Below are positions 47,011 to 60,895 of a DNA stretch of 64,000 bases, piece by piece. The DNA lies in the NCBI GenBank assembly GCA_002633005.1, contig NMRA01000317.1:1-64000 (forward strand). The letters are read 5' to 3'. A model generated the notes under the pieces. It was not told where the DNA came from, did no database searches, and worked only from the letters and a program-made list of their open reading frames with translations. Position numbers and translations under genes: made by a program. Source of the DNA: Phoronis australis. Its lineage: Eukaryota; Animalia; Phoronida. Every line of letters starts with the position of its first letter. Position 1 is the first letter of the stretch.

Positions 47011-49253
47011 TAACTGCCGAGCACAGTCTTTTGTCTGGTATGACAACATGTAGGCCAATTACCAACCAGGCTTATTACTGATCACATGAGAACAGTCAAA
47101 CCCAGTTCATTGGTATGTTCGGATAGAATAGATGGTCTTAACTTCGGTTGTAGTTGAGCAATTTTGGTGATTCAAAAACTAAACATGATCAGCATTTGAC
47201 GAGGAATTCAGAAATGTTACTGGTTTATGTTCAAGCATTTTATAATTTAACTTTTTGAACAGCACAGCCCAGTTAAGCTAGATACGATCTTATCAGAGAT
47301 TAGAGCAATTATCGAACAAAACATGTGGAGAATTTCTCGCTTACACTGGTCACCGCTGGGATTCCCCCAAGCTCCAGACAACTTTTATGATGCCTATTCA
47401 GCTCACCCTTTGTATTGATGTAGATCTGAGCTAATGAAGTGGAAAGGTAATAGCTAGCACTACTTTCTTAACAATGGTAGTCATCATTACACCCAAACTG
47501 TTTTTCTCTGGCATTTGCACAGAGTTAAAGGCTGCAATATGGAGAGCAGTTTTAACTTGGTACATTTTAAATCTAACAAAAACATTAAAAAGTTAATTTG
47601 CATTTATCTTGACAAAGGGACATTTTCCAAAGGAACATTGGTTATAAATACGTTTCATACCTGTTTGCAATACTTTAATTTAATACTATTGTCTACTTGT
47701 TTTTTTACGGGTTAGGGTTGCTATCTTTTTATTTTGTGTTGAAACGAAGTATCAAAACAAGTTAGAAGTCAGTTAATTGTGAACCCTGAATTTTCCAGAT
47801 TACAGCTACACCAATCATGTCACAGCAAAAAAAAACTACACGTGCCATAGTTCAAGTTAAAAAATAGTCCAAGTTCACCTTTTAATAGAACTCGAATCAT
47901 AAAATGTACAAAAGTGCAAATATGATGATAACAAAACTGAAGATTTGGAACCTCTGGACAATTTTGGTTGCATTAACTACATGACTATTCTAGCTTTTTC
48001 TCAGTCATCAAAAATGAAATCACAGCTCTTGCCCACCAACCAACCTCGTCCACTGCTTGCACTCTCTCGTTGAATACACAGCTACCCATCTTAGTTGTCT
48101 TCACAGGTGTTCCATTACAATTACAAGCTAACTATCAAAATTGGCGCATTTCCTTGAATAGCAGTTTTCCAGTTAGTGTACTATTCCTGGACTAAAGTAT
48201 AGTTTGGCATGCACTGAGCTATGCGCGATGTTTTATAAGTTATTGACATCTAATTTAGTCACTGTGTGTTGTTTATAGATATTTCAATGTAGCCTAGTTG
48301 ATTATTAAAAGAATAATCCACATGATATTGTTAACTCTGATTAGCGCTAGTAAATCACAGTCATTTAATTTCAATCGTACCCAATGTTTGTAGTTTTTAG
48401 GTTAATAGCTATTGATTTTTAAAAATCGAAAACCAAACTTGGTTGTTTTTTCCATCTGAATACAGCTGTGGTATTTGTTTTTAACGAAAAATGTTGGTTA
48501 AAATGCATTTTGAAAATTCGCCAGTATATACATGCAGGCAGAGATGTTTACTAATAGTTTATGGTCGGATAATTACACTTAATAATTGGGTCTTGCTTGC
48601 ACCGGACAATGCGGTTATCGCAACTGAGTTCAACACCGGCGCCGCGCTTTCTTTGATCCCGGTAAAAGCCGCTCAGAAGGACGAGCGGTGAAAAGTCACG
48701 CATATCTTTAGAAATGCGTGACTTTGATCGTGCAAGCGTATTATTTACGGCATGAGAGAGCGGACTCTCCAACCATCAATGTCAAAATGGACTTAATCAG
48801 TCATGTAAGATATTGGCTACAAGGGACATCTCCCCACCTTTTTTAATTATGCTATACAATCGGACGAGTTGGACTTAACGATAGAAGGCCGTAATGTACA
48901 TCGGTGCAAAGCTGATACAGCTTTGCATCAAGGCTGGAGCAATCTAGGATTAGACAATCACCTAAGTAACCCATAACATAATTGAGCACAAAATTATTGA
49001 CATTTGTCTTGGGTTGGTAATAAGGTAGAGTGGGGGAAAAACGTCAAAGTAATTGCAAGTTCGATTTCTGAGCTCTGAGCAAAAAGGGCCATACCACGGC
49101 ATCAAGATTCAAGATTGCGAAATGCTTTACTAAACGTCGTTCGGAGAACAGATTAACATTATCATCAAAACCACTCAACCGTTTCTAAAAACTCAATAAG
49201 TAGTAAATTCTACTCAACGGGAGTTTTCATTTAAACTCATGTGGTTCTGTAAC

Positions 49254-49281
49254 CATAGACTATAGTTGTCTATAATCTATG
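49254..49281. mobile_element. 28-bp palindromic micro-element with 7-bp TSD (P-element-like ends)
   Basis: CTGTAAC|CATAGACTATAG TTGT CTATAATCTATG|CTGTAAC. Confidence 0.6.
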
Positions 49282-49372
49282 CTGTAACTTAAATTTTGGC
49301 TTGCTCGCCCTATTTCGAGTACAAAGATTAAGATTTAGACCCAGGCCAGGACCCTGGAACAGGGACACTTAC

Positions 49373-49494
49373 TGTGCCAGAACACAGTATCAGTATCTTT
49401 TTATCGCCCAAATCACCGTTAGTTAGTTCTTCTACTGTAAACTGTTCAATGGGATTCAAATAACCTTTTACCTACTTTTACTACTTGTGAAACT
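49373..49494 (-). other. AGXT: probable non-coding first exon (5' UTR) of AGXT
   Basis: The ATG exon begins with a splice acceptor, so an upstream exon must exist. On - there is an Inr-like TTCAGTT at 49497-49491, an ATG-free stretch, and a perfect GTAAGT donor at 49372-49367, next to a CpG-rich promoter-like zone. Confidence 0.55.
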
Positions 49495-49830
49495 GAAATG
49501 TTGTGCCCGTGTATCACGCTTGACCTAGTTTCCCTGGAAGCCAAGCGCATAATAGAAAACATTTTCTGATTGGAGGACTACTTGTAACAAGGTCAATACC
49601 ATATCTTTAGAAAAACCAAAAAGTTCGGCGAGTTTATCCCTTGACAGACTTTAGAAATTAATATGTATAGCATGAAAGTTGCGTGTTCTATTAAAAGGAC
49701 TAATTTCCGCGTGAGTATGCTTAGAATTAGATGAGCGTAAAAATGGGTGGTAAGAATTTGACCAATCAACAACATTTTGACTGTAGTTTGTGTCCGGTTT
49801 TTATTTGTATCACGTGACGAACGGGTTAAG
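49495..49830. promoter_or_regulatory. putative bidirectional promoter
   Basis: Local CpG enrichment; oppositely oriented CCAAT boxes (ATTGG 49569-49573, CCAAT 49762-49766); E-box TCACGTGAC 49810-49818; outward-facing GTAAGT donors at 49372 (-) and 49922 (+). Confidence 0.55.
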
Positions 49831-49921
49831 GAAGTTGGAGAACTTGCTTGTTGATGAGAACCCGTAAAGTCCGGAGAGCAATTTAAGTGTCAACTAGAGC
49901 AAGGAACCTTTACTGTTATGA
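49830..49921 (+). other. candidate first exon of an unidentified + strand gene (start approximate)
   Basis: ATGA|gtaagt donor at 49922, just downstream of the promoter motifs. Confidence 0.4.
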
Positions 49922-52651
49922 GTAAGTCGATGGTCTCTGTTCAAATCCAGTGATCCTTGCCTTTGAAAATCATATTTCTTGCATTTTTATTTTTTGATAC
50001 GGTTAAAAGTGTTTGGGGTATATTCTAACGCACACTACAGACTACACAGGGAAACCGTTCACAAAGTTGTTTCACTTTCATGACCAGGTGGACAGTTTTA
50101 GCTTTATTGTGTAGGCCTAGATCTTAGCCTTAGGGTCAGCACAAACGGATAGCAACGTGTTGAGGTGTCTGCATCAAGTGAACCGTATTGTTGTGAATTG
50201 CTGGTTACGGGTGTGATGTTTAAGTAAAGCCTCTAAATTGCTGCTGAACCAATGGGTATTGCCTCCTTAGTATTGGCCGATTGGTTTGGTGACTTGACTC
50301 GTACATCAAAGATTGTGGGTTTAAGTACTGTCAGTGAACATAGAACAGTGGCACTTAACCAAGGAGATCCATGAATTTGAGAAGAACAATTAGAGGCAAA
50401 CGGGAGCCTAATTGCGCCAATGTGGGCAAGAATTGAAGAGACTGACCAGATAAAATCTGACACGAAATTAGAGTCATTAAAAATAACACTCTTCCTTGAG
50501 TAAACTTAGGACCAATATCAAATTTCTCCCAGAGTAAACTAAATTATTTACCAGTGTTGGAAAAACTGGCTGAACACACAGTGGTACCAATACCACAGCT
50601 GTATTTTGACGATAGTGTCCATACAGCTAGCTGGCTGACTAATGGGGCCATGTTAACCCTCTCCCCCTCAAAAAAGCAGGGCCAACTTGTCAGACACTCT
50701 GGCATGGGAAATGTCGCTAAGGCCAAATGTGTTGTAGGAAAATTTCTGGACATCACCAGTGATGTTGGAAACTGACACCTCCCCCGCTCCACATGATAAA
50801 GAGGATAGCTTTTCTTGTAACCAACAAAATAGCAACGTCAATGAATTTTTTGATGAATGAATGAACGCATTAGAAAGAAATTTTTTGATGAATGAATGAA
50901 CGCATTAGGAAGAAATCTTGATTGCCAAAGTATTTGTTTGAGTTGGAAGAATTTAAAACATCATCGGCTTCCGAAGATGTCTGTGTCAGTGCTCGAAATG
51001 TACTTACAGCAACGTCTTCGTTGGTTTACCAAAAAAAAAGCTTCCAGTGTACAGGGAGCCTACGGCACGGCCACCATCTGCACCAGTTTGACAGGTCTAG
51101 ATCAGACATTATCCACTTTATAGATTTTCAGTTGGCAAGGGTATCTGGTGTTGAAAATGATTAGAAAGATGAGTAGAATTCGTTGCGTCTGTGTGACATC
51201 TGTACCTGTATGAACATGCGGTTTTGTACAGGATGATTAGTAAACTTAGCTTGTTCAGTCACGTTGTTCAAAGTGGCCATGTATAAATACTAATACATGT
51301 ATAAATACTTAGTCAAAATCTAAACTTTTCCGGTATTTGGCTAAATACACAGATACATGTACGTTTTTCGTTTTAATTCAAACTAACACTGGCTTTAGTT
51401 TCCGAACTGTCAGAACGATCGAGTGTTTTTTTAAGCCGCTGATGGAAATCCTAACATTCTTTCTAAAACAAGTTGTATTTAGTGCTAGGCATGACTGCAT
51501 GCCATGTGCAGGATATCCTAGCAATATTCCATTAATGATAAAAATGTTTTTTGTTTCTCCATCAACCCGAAAAACAGAAACTGACATGAACACCTACCTT
51601 CATTAAAACTATGTCATTCTTTAGATTTAGGACTCTTATCATTGTGAAATTGGTCTCAAATTGTTCTTTATTCAAATTAAAGGTGATTTCAGGAATTAAA
51701 AAGAACTGACAGTTTGAGATGAAGAAAAAAACAAGTTTTCAAGTTATTACAATTACTTGAAAACTTTTTTTAAAAAGCCTTAATTTTATTACAATTGCAA
51801 AATGGTTGATGATATGGATCATGTCGGCATTGACTCACTAGCAAAGTCAAGATCGTAGTGATCAAACTTAACTTCATGAATAAATATTTTTGAATTTCTG
51901 TGTCCAAACAACCCCACAATATTCAGACAGATGGCATAAGGATGTTTTCCTCATTTACCTGCCATTTTAATAGAAATGAGCTTTTTCATTGGTATGGTCA
52001 CTTTGGAGCAGAATATCAAATTGGGTTTGTCTACTCTACTCTATAATTGTTAAAATTGCCATCTTTCTATATGTCAGAGGCTTACCACATTGTTACAAAA
52101 AACAATTTTACCAAATACTGTTTGGTAATAGCTATGCCATGCAAACCATGCTAAAAGCAAAGTAAATTTTCCTGAAAAGTTGTTTTTGTTGAGAAATTTG
52201 ATGTGAACGCTGTTGATTAGCATTGAAGAGATATCTACTTCAGCAGCTGCACTACATTCATTGAGGTCATCATTATTTAGCACTTTTGAATACACCACCA
52301 CCCTTTTGAAGTTTGCCTTTTGATTGAATTTTCAATAAACTGACCATAGACTATGATAAATATTAATTCCATCACATTTCATGAATTGTTTTCATATTAC
52401 TACCATAATTATTTCCTAGTAAACTGCAGTGGAGACCAACGTTTGCTCTCAGATAACTGATAAATAGTTCAAATACATACGTGATGTCTTCTCTCTCGTG
52501 TGACAACATGCTCTGAGTCAATACAGCAAAGTGCCTAAAGTTTACCGCTTTCTCAACAGCGAATCATTGAGGCTTGTCAAATGGTTTCCATGTAAACAAG
52601 TTCTTGGTAAAGCAGTACCTTTTCCAATTGCCAACTTTCAAAATAGATGTC

Positions 52652-52995
52652 AGGCTACCTGAACAACATGGCTCAGGCACTTATGAAAACAGCTCGCAGG
52701 TATGTAAACTCAGTTCACTGACTCGCACAAACACGACCCAGCACTCATAAAACACGACTTTCACACTCCAAAACCACGGCTCACAAGAATCACATATCTA
52801 ACGCATACATGACTTGAAGAGTCGGTGACCTTTGTTTACAGGTGCTGGAGCCATGTTTGTGGTCCAGGAGCTGTGCTTTTTGGGTGCATAAGCTGTGTTT
52901 TCTGAGTGCAGGGCTGTGTTTGTGAGTCAGCAAACTGAGTTTACAGGTCTGTTTGAGCTGTGTTCATGTGTACGAGCCATGTTTTTCAGGAAGTC
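52652..52995. mobile_element. foldback/palindromic MITE
   Basis: About 130-bp imperfect inverted arms (cctgaacaacatggctc...taaactcagtt / aactgagttta...gagccatgtttttcagg) built from aaacac-containing sub-repeats. Confidence 0.65.
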
Positions 52996-53539
52996 TTGGC
53001 ATAAGTAACTGGATTCTTTTTTAACTCACATCGCTGTATGTTACGGTAATAAGTGAAATTTTATTCTACCAGTGGAAAGTAAGGTAGTCTTAGTAAGTGC
53101 TCTTCCTGCATGTATGAATTTCCATCTGTTGGTATTACCCAGGGTATCCGTTTTTCCCAATTTGAATTATTTTAGCTGATTGGAACAAAAAATCAATTAT
53201 GTCAAATTATCATTTCATCATTGAACTTCCTTTTTAATATCATAATGTGAGGATTACCATGCCACATCGAGTCGATCTGTAACATTGTAACTTTTGAGTT
53301 CGTATCATGGTATTTAAATATATCTGCCTTGTTCGATATTCATAAATATTGTTAAGCATGTTGTTTTTTATGTGTAGCATATTATAGTGGCGGTGATTGG
53401 TTTAACTGAATAAGACTTACATTTAAGGAATTTGAAAATAACCAATAGTGAATCCATAGAAGTACCTAGCAATTATTGTTTAGGACAGCAGATATAACAG
53501 GAAGTAATGCCAATTGCTTCATTCCCACCACTCATTATA

Positions 53540-53801
53540 GGTTGGGCTACTCAAAGCCCATACCGGATAATAAAATGATTATCTTCTTAACCAGGACCAT
53601 AAGCCCTTTGTTAAACTGTATTTAGTTACACTGTCCAACAACAGTTGTATGACTATGAGCAGGGTTCTCAAAGAACTGCTTTCACTGACCTTACATGTCA
53701 ATTTCAAAAGGCCAATTTCATGTGAATGTCAACCATGATTTAAAACCACCCACAAAATTTTATACCGCTATGCCCTCTAGTTACCCGCTCCAAGTCCAAA
53801 G
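53540..53801 (-). mobile_element. family A repeat copy (reverse)
   Basis: reverse-complement core: cagttgtatgactatgagcagggttc...ttcactgacctt. Confidence 0.6.
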
Positions 53802-56800
53802 TGTCTTTGTAACTAGTTGCCATCCTAAGTATTCATCCTAATGTTAAAGTTTTTTTATTTGTATGGCAGGACAACCATTGTCTTCCAACTTACGCGAACG
53901 CATTTTCCCTCAACTTGGGTGTCATGCCTGATTATTGTGAAGACTTTAACCAGCAGGCAAAATACTTAGCTACAACCAGAAGTCAACAACTAAAATTTTT
54001 AGTTTTTGAAGTATTAATGTACTTGACTTAGAAGGATGTCAAGCTCTTGCAGATTTCACCCAAAACTGGCTCTTTTGCCTGCTTTCATTCAGAATCAGAA
54101 AACTCTCCTGAGAGATACCATTAGTCACTCACATGTCTGTCGGCCTCTTCCGTTAATTTACATTCAATGTGTTATCTTGATCTCCTTCTTGGTTTTTAGG
54201 AAATTGAATTTGGGTGACGTGGTGTTAGATTTCAAAGTGTTGTTTTCAAAGTGTTTCGATGGTGTTCTCAGGCTCTTTAACCTATTGAGAATTTATGATT
54301 GCTTGCTACTAAACTCAAAATATCGTGAAGGATTACGCTTTCATGACGTGATCGTGCTAACATGACAGTTCCATTAGTGAATGTAAGATATCAAGTCTGT
54401 GTTATTACAATCTGTCTGTTGTTGTCAGAGTTATTGTTTTGAGAGTATTTTGTGAGATTCCTTGGATAATAATGGTCTGAGCTCCAGGAATCTCCAGGAA
54501 TGCAATTGGTGTGATAACAACTTAGGCATTTGACTGGAGGTTTGAGGTCAGGCTAGTTTAACATTGAGGAATTGCACATGATTACTAGAACTTGGGGTAT
54601 GTGGTATTACATAGAGGGGAAGGTAACAGTCGAATAGTTGGCACGTATTCTGTTCTGTCACTGAGTTTTCTTTAATGTCTCAGAATATTAGATGTCCCAT
54701 GCACACATGGTTTTTTGTTTGTCAGTAGTATTAAGCTGAAAATATTGATTTCATTGAAGTGTTATGTTATTCAGTAACGGTTAAATTTTTAAAATATTTT
54801 AACTGAGTTCAGCCTCATGTTAAAAACCTGTGGTAGTCAGTAGACTACATTTGATCTATCTGTTTTGGTATTCTAGCGTGTTGTATTTTTCTAACCAATT
54901 CCAGCCTACGCCATACTTGTTCTTTGTTTTTGTATTCTGCATCTAGAGTTATTAGGTATTCGCCCAGTATGTGCTTATGCCAATATGTAGTTATGATTTG
55001 TGTACTTTAGTACATTGCAACAAGAATAGTATCCCTAATACGACTGTTGTGAAGACATTATAGCACAAAAGGTGTCATCAATTGAGAGAAATTACTACAA
55101 TAGGAATAATGTGCAAGTTAAGGCCTGTACGTAGTACGGTGTGTGATTTTTACCGTCAGTTCATAAAAAAGTGGCAGCCTTTCTGTTGGTGCACCATGAG
55201 AGACTCATAAGTTGCTCTGAAAAGTGCGAAATGAATTCTGTTTATTTATAATGCATTTGATTACATGTCCATAGAGCACTATTTGGAAATAAGTTTGAAC
55301 TTCTACAATTCTCCGCTTATTTAGCAGACTCATCTTATTTCCCAAACCTAAAATTATTTGGAAAAATAACATTTTTCCCTCACTTATTTCACATGAGGTG
55401 ACTTAATGTGAATCTCGTGCTTCACTTAGTTCAAACAGTCAGTGTTGCACTTCAGAAGATATCAATGCAAAAGCCCAGTCATTAATTCTAGTAATACACA
55501 CCTGATTATCTGAGTTAATAAGGTTCAAACAATGTATATTCACCACTTAATTAAAAAAGTTCATCCATTAAAATATAGGATATCTGTTGCTGATGTAAAT
55601 ATGATGTCAAATGGTGACCTGGATATGTGTGGTGTCACTCAGAGTCATGTACTCAAAAGAATGCTTTACCAATGATGGGGTAAAGTGCTCTTCTATTAGA
55701 AAAGGATGAAGTGATTTAGTTACTGTAAATTGGCTTAAGTTGGAAACCTGTAGGAAGCATTTCATTAAATTCATACATGGCTGTTGGTTCTGCGTGGTTA
55801 ATTGGTTAATTTTGTACGCCCATCACCCATGAAGTTTTTACATTATACTCAGTTTCTTTGGCACACCCTGATCATTAGGAAAACATACTTCATTTGCTTT
55901 ATACAAAGTAAGTGGCGAATTCCTGTAGATTGGTTTGTAGTAAAATTTCTTTCATGAAGACTTTAATTGAAAAGAACCGGAAAGCGTTTCTTTAAATTTT
56001 CCAGTACAGCATGTAACTGTAGGAGCTCAGCCAAATGTCATTTCAAAACTTGGTGTTTAGTCCATTGATGATTGGACAAAATCGGTTACAATAATTACAA
56101 GAGGAAGTAAGCTTTTTTCATTTTGTGTAGAAAATGCATATTCACCTTTTTTATTTTGTTCCTTCAATCAGAAACAGTTGATTATGAACTTCAAATTTTC
56201 AGTTTCTAATTTTTCTCTTCCTCACATTGTCAGAGATGAAGCTATGAAAACATGTTTCTATTTTATTGTCTCGGAGAAAATAAACAAATAGGATGGAGGC
56301 GATCGACGGATCTCCAAAGTTATTCATGTATGCCTTGGCAGAGGGGAAATGAGGCTAAGCTTGTTGGTTACTATAATGTAGTTGTCTTAAAAGATTCTGA
56401 GCTCTAAATTTGATGAATATTGTCTTCCTCTGGTTCTCAGCTCTAAATTTGATGAATGCTGTCTTCCTCTCAACAACAGGGTTACCAGAGTCCACAGTGA
56501 CCTTATCTTTCTTCGTGTTGTGCCAGAATTGAAAAAAGAATTGAGAAAATGATAATACGACATGATGAGGACCCTAGCAGCCTTAGAGGACCTATTTTAC
56601 TTTGAAGATTCATTCAGCCTCCCCTAGTGTTTTGAAGTGTCCAACAGACTGTTTATTCTGCATTAAAATTTGGGTTTTCAAAAGATTTTGAATGGAACTT
56701 ACATTTTTGCTTTTACCATAAAACTAGTTATAGCAGCCGAACATTTATTCACCATCTCTTCTCTTGCTCCATAGACCCGGCCCCAAACCTGAGACCACCG

Positions 56801-59275
56801 TTTTTTCAGAGACCTGGCATTTATATCGTACCACAAAACTATAATGAGGAGACCGGACATTTATTAAGTTTATGGAGCCTTTAGTATCCCATGGCTTCAG
56901 TTGGAAAACTGGCTTGATTAGCAGTTTTAAGGTTGGAATGTCCGACTTTTCCATAATATCTGTGAAAGTTTGCTTCAAACAACTTTTGAACAGCTAACTC
57001 AACATTGATTACTTTATGTTTATATACATCCAAATATGTAAATAATATTATCTGGACCTGAAACCCAGACTTTATAACGACGGATATATGCGAAATATTC
57101 AAATTTTATGCTCAACTGGTCATCCTGGGAGTAATTGAAGCCTTTTTGATGAATTTTTAAAAGGATACCAAACCAGGTTTTGGCCAAAGGGAACAGAATA
57201 ACACAGCAACTGTGGGAAAAGACCACTCGCCAAGGACCGTAATGTTCAATTTGTAAGATGGGGGGTATGAGTTTTCGATTGATTCCTGCTTTTGTCTTTC
57301 ACGATTGACGCCATGATGCATTAATAGGTAACAGAATGAGGATTGATTGAATCATCAAAACAGAATTTAGCATTCTTTGAAACAATAAAATCAAAAGTTA
57401 TTTTGGAAGCAAATGATAAAGCACCTGTACTCACAAAGTTGAGACAGTCATTACGTTGCGGTGCTTAGCCTCGTTTTCTCTCTCCACATGACTATTTGAC
57501 ATCTTTTTAAGAATGGTGTCTAGTGTGACGTGAATAAAAACTTCATCTGGTTTTGCAGCAAAACTTATAACGTTTTTATGCTTTATCATTTCATGGAAGC
57601 AAAGTACAGTTAGTTTTCAATAGAGTTAATATACTTGGCTCTTTCTTAGTTATGGCGAAAACCCTGAAGTGGAACTGTGGGTAAGAAAGTTTACAATTTC
57701 TTAAAAAATGGAATGAATACCATTGAGGAAAATGTGTTGCTCTGATAGAAGGCTGATAATGTGTAATAAAAGGAAATAAAAAGTCGTGGACGTTTTTATT
57801 TCTTATAATGCCCTGTGCAAGTAATGAAAGGAAATCCTTGAACCAAATTAAGAACAATTGAGTTTCACAAATTATTTCCTGAAGAATTGGGAAATACGAA
57901 AACTGACTATAATATTAAATTGATGTTTTTAAAGACGAATCGATTGGCCGTATGCATACGCATGCTAGGATTTCCTAGCTGTCAGTCAGGCAGCTGAGTG
58001 AGACTTTACTGGTAGGATATGTGCACCACTGATGCATAACACATTTAGATGTTATCAAACTGTATACTGGGATCTTAGTGTTATCATTTCTACACAGTAG
58101 CCATGTTATGATCAATGAGTCATGAATGCAAGGTCATAGTGAAGTACTGTGTGGGGAGAAATCACTGTGACCAATTGTCATTTGATGAGTTCAGAAGTTT
58201 ATTTTGATGAAAGTTTGCACAAGAGAAAAAGAATGTGTACTGCTGAGGCTATTATTTTGTCTACTTCAATAGACAGGAATTTTATTTGTGGCATTGAGTT
58301 GGTGTCTTGATTTTTATGTATAGTAGAGGATTAGAACTGGTTTTCTATGTTCTGAAAATTCGGTTGTAAACCGTAAAGGTGCAAGTGATCAAATGTTCAC
58401 TACGCTACTGCAGATCATGTGATTTTCAACATTCTCATTTTCTTTCGCTAAACGGTAATTTTTTTATTAACTGAAATATAATAAGCATTCAAATGGCGTG
58501 GCTTATTCTGAATACTTAGTTTGCCAGTCACTTAAAGACTATGTATGGTTGTACCTGCTGAACGATGTCACTATTAACAACCCTTCCGCTATAACCATGA
58601 CATTTCCTTTAGTGACTGTAGTCAGTAATTAATGGTACTCTGAATGAGACATTAAGGCAGAGCAGGTTAATGCCATTACTGGTAATTTGAAGAATTGGAG
58701 TTTTTGTTCAAAGAATAGCAATCAAGTTGCCATGGTTACTAGATAAAGTTGAGTGATTCAAGATGTTGAAGAGTTGTTGATTGAATGGCGATAGGAAGAG
58801 GGAGAATTTTATTGTTGTTTTTGTTATAGCTATCGGACTCTGACTGTTGTAAAAATAGCGGTGAGGGAAGGGGGTGTCTTATATTAGATAGCTTTTTTGT
58901 AAGTATTTTTTGTAAAATCTTTTCTTTGTAGGCTCCGATTAACATGGTTTATTGCTAATTAATGTCTGAAATTTATAAGTTGACGAATGAGTTTTTCCTC
59001 TCAAGCACGCTTTCTTTCCAACCTTGCAGATCCCATGAATTGAAGCATGACCTCTGACAATGATATGAAAATGTTGTTTTTCTTGATAGAAGATTTTAAC
59101 AAAAATTGTCTGAATTGTGTGTTGGCAGATGACGAATTTATGAACTTTTGCAGATTAAATGTGCCAGAAGAAATTCCATTTCACTCTTTGTGAGACAGTG
59201 TATAAATTTGATAAATCTTTATCAACCACCTTCCTTATCTAATGACCTCTTTTGACTGACCTATTTCCTTTTCAG

Positions 59276-59332
59276 GTAAACCGGCTAGGACGGAAATTGG
59301 TGCAACCCTAGTGCTCTGGTAAAGTTTGTCTG
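59276..59332 (+). other. candidate non-coding (5' UTR) exon of the + strand gene
   Basis: ctgac branch point, ctatttccttttcag acceptor, CTG|gtaagt donor; stop codons in all three frames. Confidence 0.4.
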
Positions 59333-60480
59333 GTAAGTTGCCTTTACTCATAACTGCAGGTATGTGAATTTTAGTGATGGTGTGATGCCCTTGGTTTATT
59401 GTCCATTTTCAAGGGTTGTAGCAGATAAAAGCAGATGGTGTCATGTCTCTATTATCAAATATATCAGTCACGTAGGGGTGCGAAGTTTGGGGGCAGCTGT
59501 GGGGACTCAAATTTAGTGACAGTGTTGAAGGGGCTGGAGGGTTTTTATCAAATCTGTTCTCACTCACTCCTGGTGTCATTAGTGGTTTCTTAATGTTCTT
59601 TTTTTGGGTTTATGCGGGGATGATTTTAGGATTGCTCCCCACATGAAGAAAGTCTTTGATTGCTGAACTCTTTCCAGCGGGCGCACTAAAACTGTTGTCA
59701 AAATTATGCCATATTTTTCCCTTGAATAACACGCATTGCATTCAGAATCTAATACAACTACAATGCCGAGCAGTTGATCAAAACAACAGTTTTATCGATA
59801 TGGGGTCTAGTATATTGTGAAAATGCAGGTCCCACCTGTGGATTTATGTGTTTAGTTAAATTGACAATCATTAATCACATAACGTACTAAGGTAGCAGAC
59901 GATATCGTGGATATTTAAATCCCACCCCCAAAAATCGAATCGAAATATGACAGACATTCGACTAATGTGACCCACAAGGCCTAAAAATTGACCCTTAGAT
60001 TTGTGGCCATGTGGGCCAATTGACTCATAGCCACATTTTTCTAAAATGATCCCTGCTTATGGTATGAGCAAAGTTCAAATGTTGCCTAGAAAGTTGTTTT
60101 AGCCTGAGGTATTAGAAGACAGGCATGTATATGACATTTCTGTTAAGGTGATTTATTTGATGGTTATAAGTACCTTCATTATCAAGTATCGAGTTTCTTG
60201 TATTTTCCGATGACTTGCAAATTCCAATCATTTGTTGTATACACTAAGAAGTGTGTCATGGATTTTCTTTCATCCCGAGAGCTCAGCTGTCAATAATCAA
60301 GACATCTTAATGCTTTACTTTAGAGTTCTTGAGCTTAACATCCATAAAAGAAAATCGAAGACACTCTTTTATAGCTAACAGAAACAGAATTTACAAGTTT
60401 CCTGCGAAAATATAATTCTTGTGGAAATCTACAAAAAGTACAGCAGCATCATAATTATTTTGGGGCGCACGATAAGTTTA

Positions 60481-60895
60481 TGTTGCAAACACTTAAGTCG
60501 TGACTGTAGAAAGCTTTTTGGAATCATATATTGATTAGGTCACGTGGTGTAGCCAACAGATGGCGTGCAGACATGACTTAAATGTTTGCAACAAATTTCT
60601 ACACCCTATTGAGATTGATATATCCATATATACTGATTGGAGATCCAGGGTGAGGTGCCCACTACTAAGTCTGATTGATTTCTGTGTTTGACCAGTGGTC
60701 CCGATGGCTCAGTGGCTGCAGTAGAGCATCTGCACGGTTAGCAGAAGGTCCTGGGTTCGAGTCCCGGTCGGGGGCAGAAATCTTTTCGGACTTATATTCA
60801 TAAGGTCACGTGATGTGGCCAACAGATGGTGTGCAGACACGACTTAAATGTTTGCAACATATTTTCCACGCCATGTTGAGATTGACATATTCATA
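60481..60895 (+). mobile_element. second, rearranged copy of the tRNA-like-containing element (cloverleaf 60698-60776)
   Basis: Same 40-bp upstream flank, cloverleaf and right arm; the right arm is also duplicated upstream as a direct repeat (about 60513-60626). Confidence 0.7.

Noticed and set aside
50922-51164. 80-aa ORF containing IHFIDFQLAR, resembling a kinase DFG/DFQ segment
   Set aside because: No HxDxxxxN catalytic loop or convincing splice sites, and neighbouring frames are full of stops; could be a decayed fragment but is unsupported without tblastn.
16938-56471. Small two-copy duplications (about 16938-16997, 50843-50908 and 56400-56471)
   Set aside because: Ordinary local slippage duplications with no further structure.
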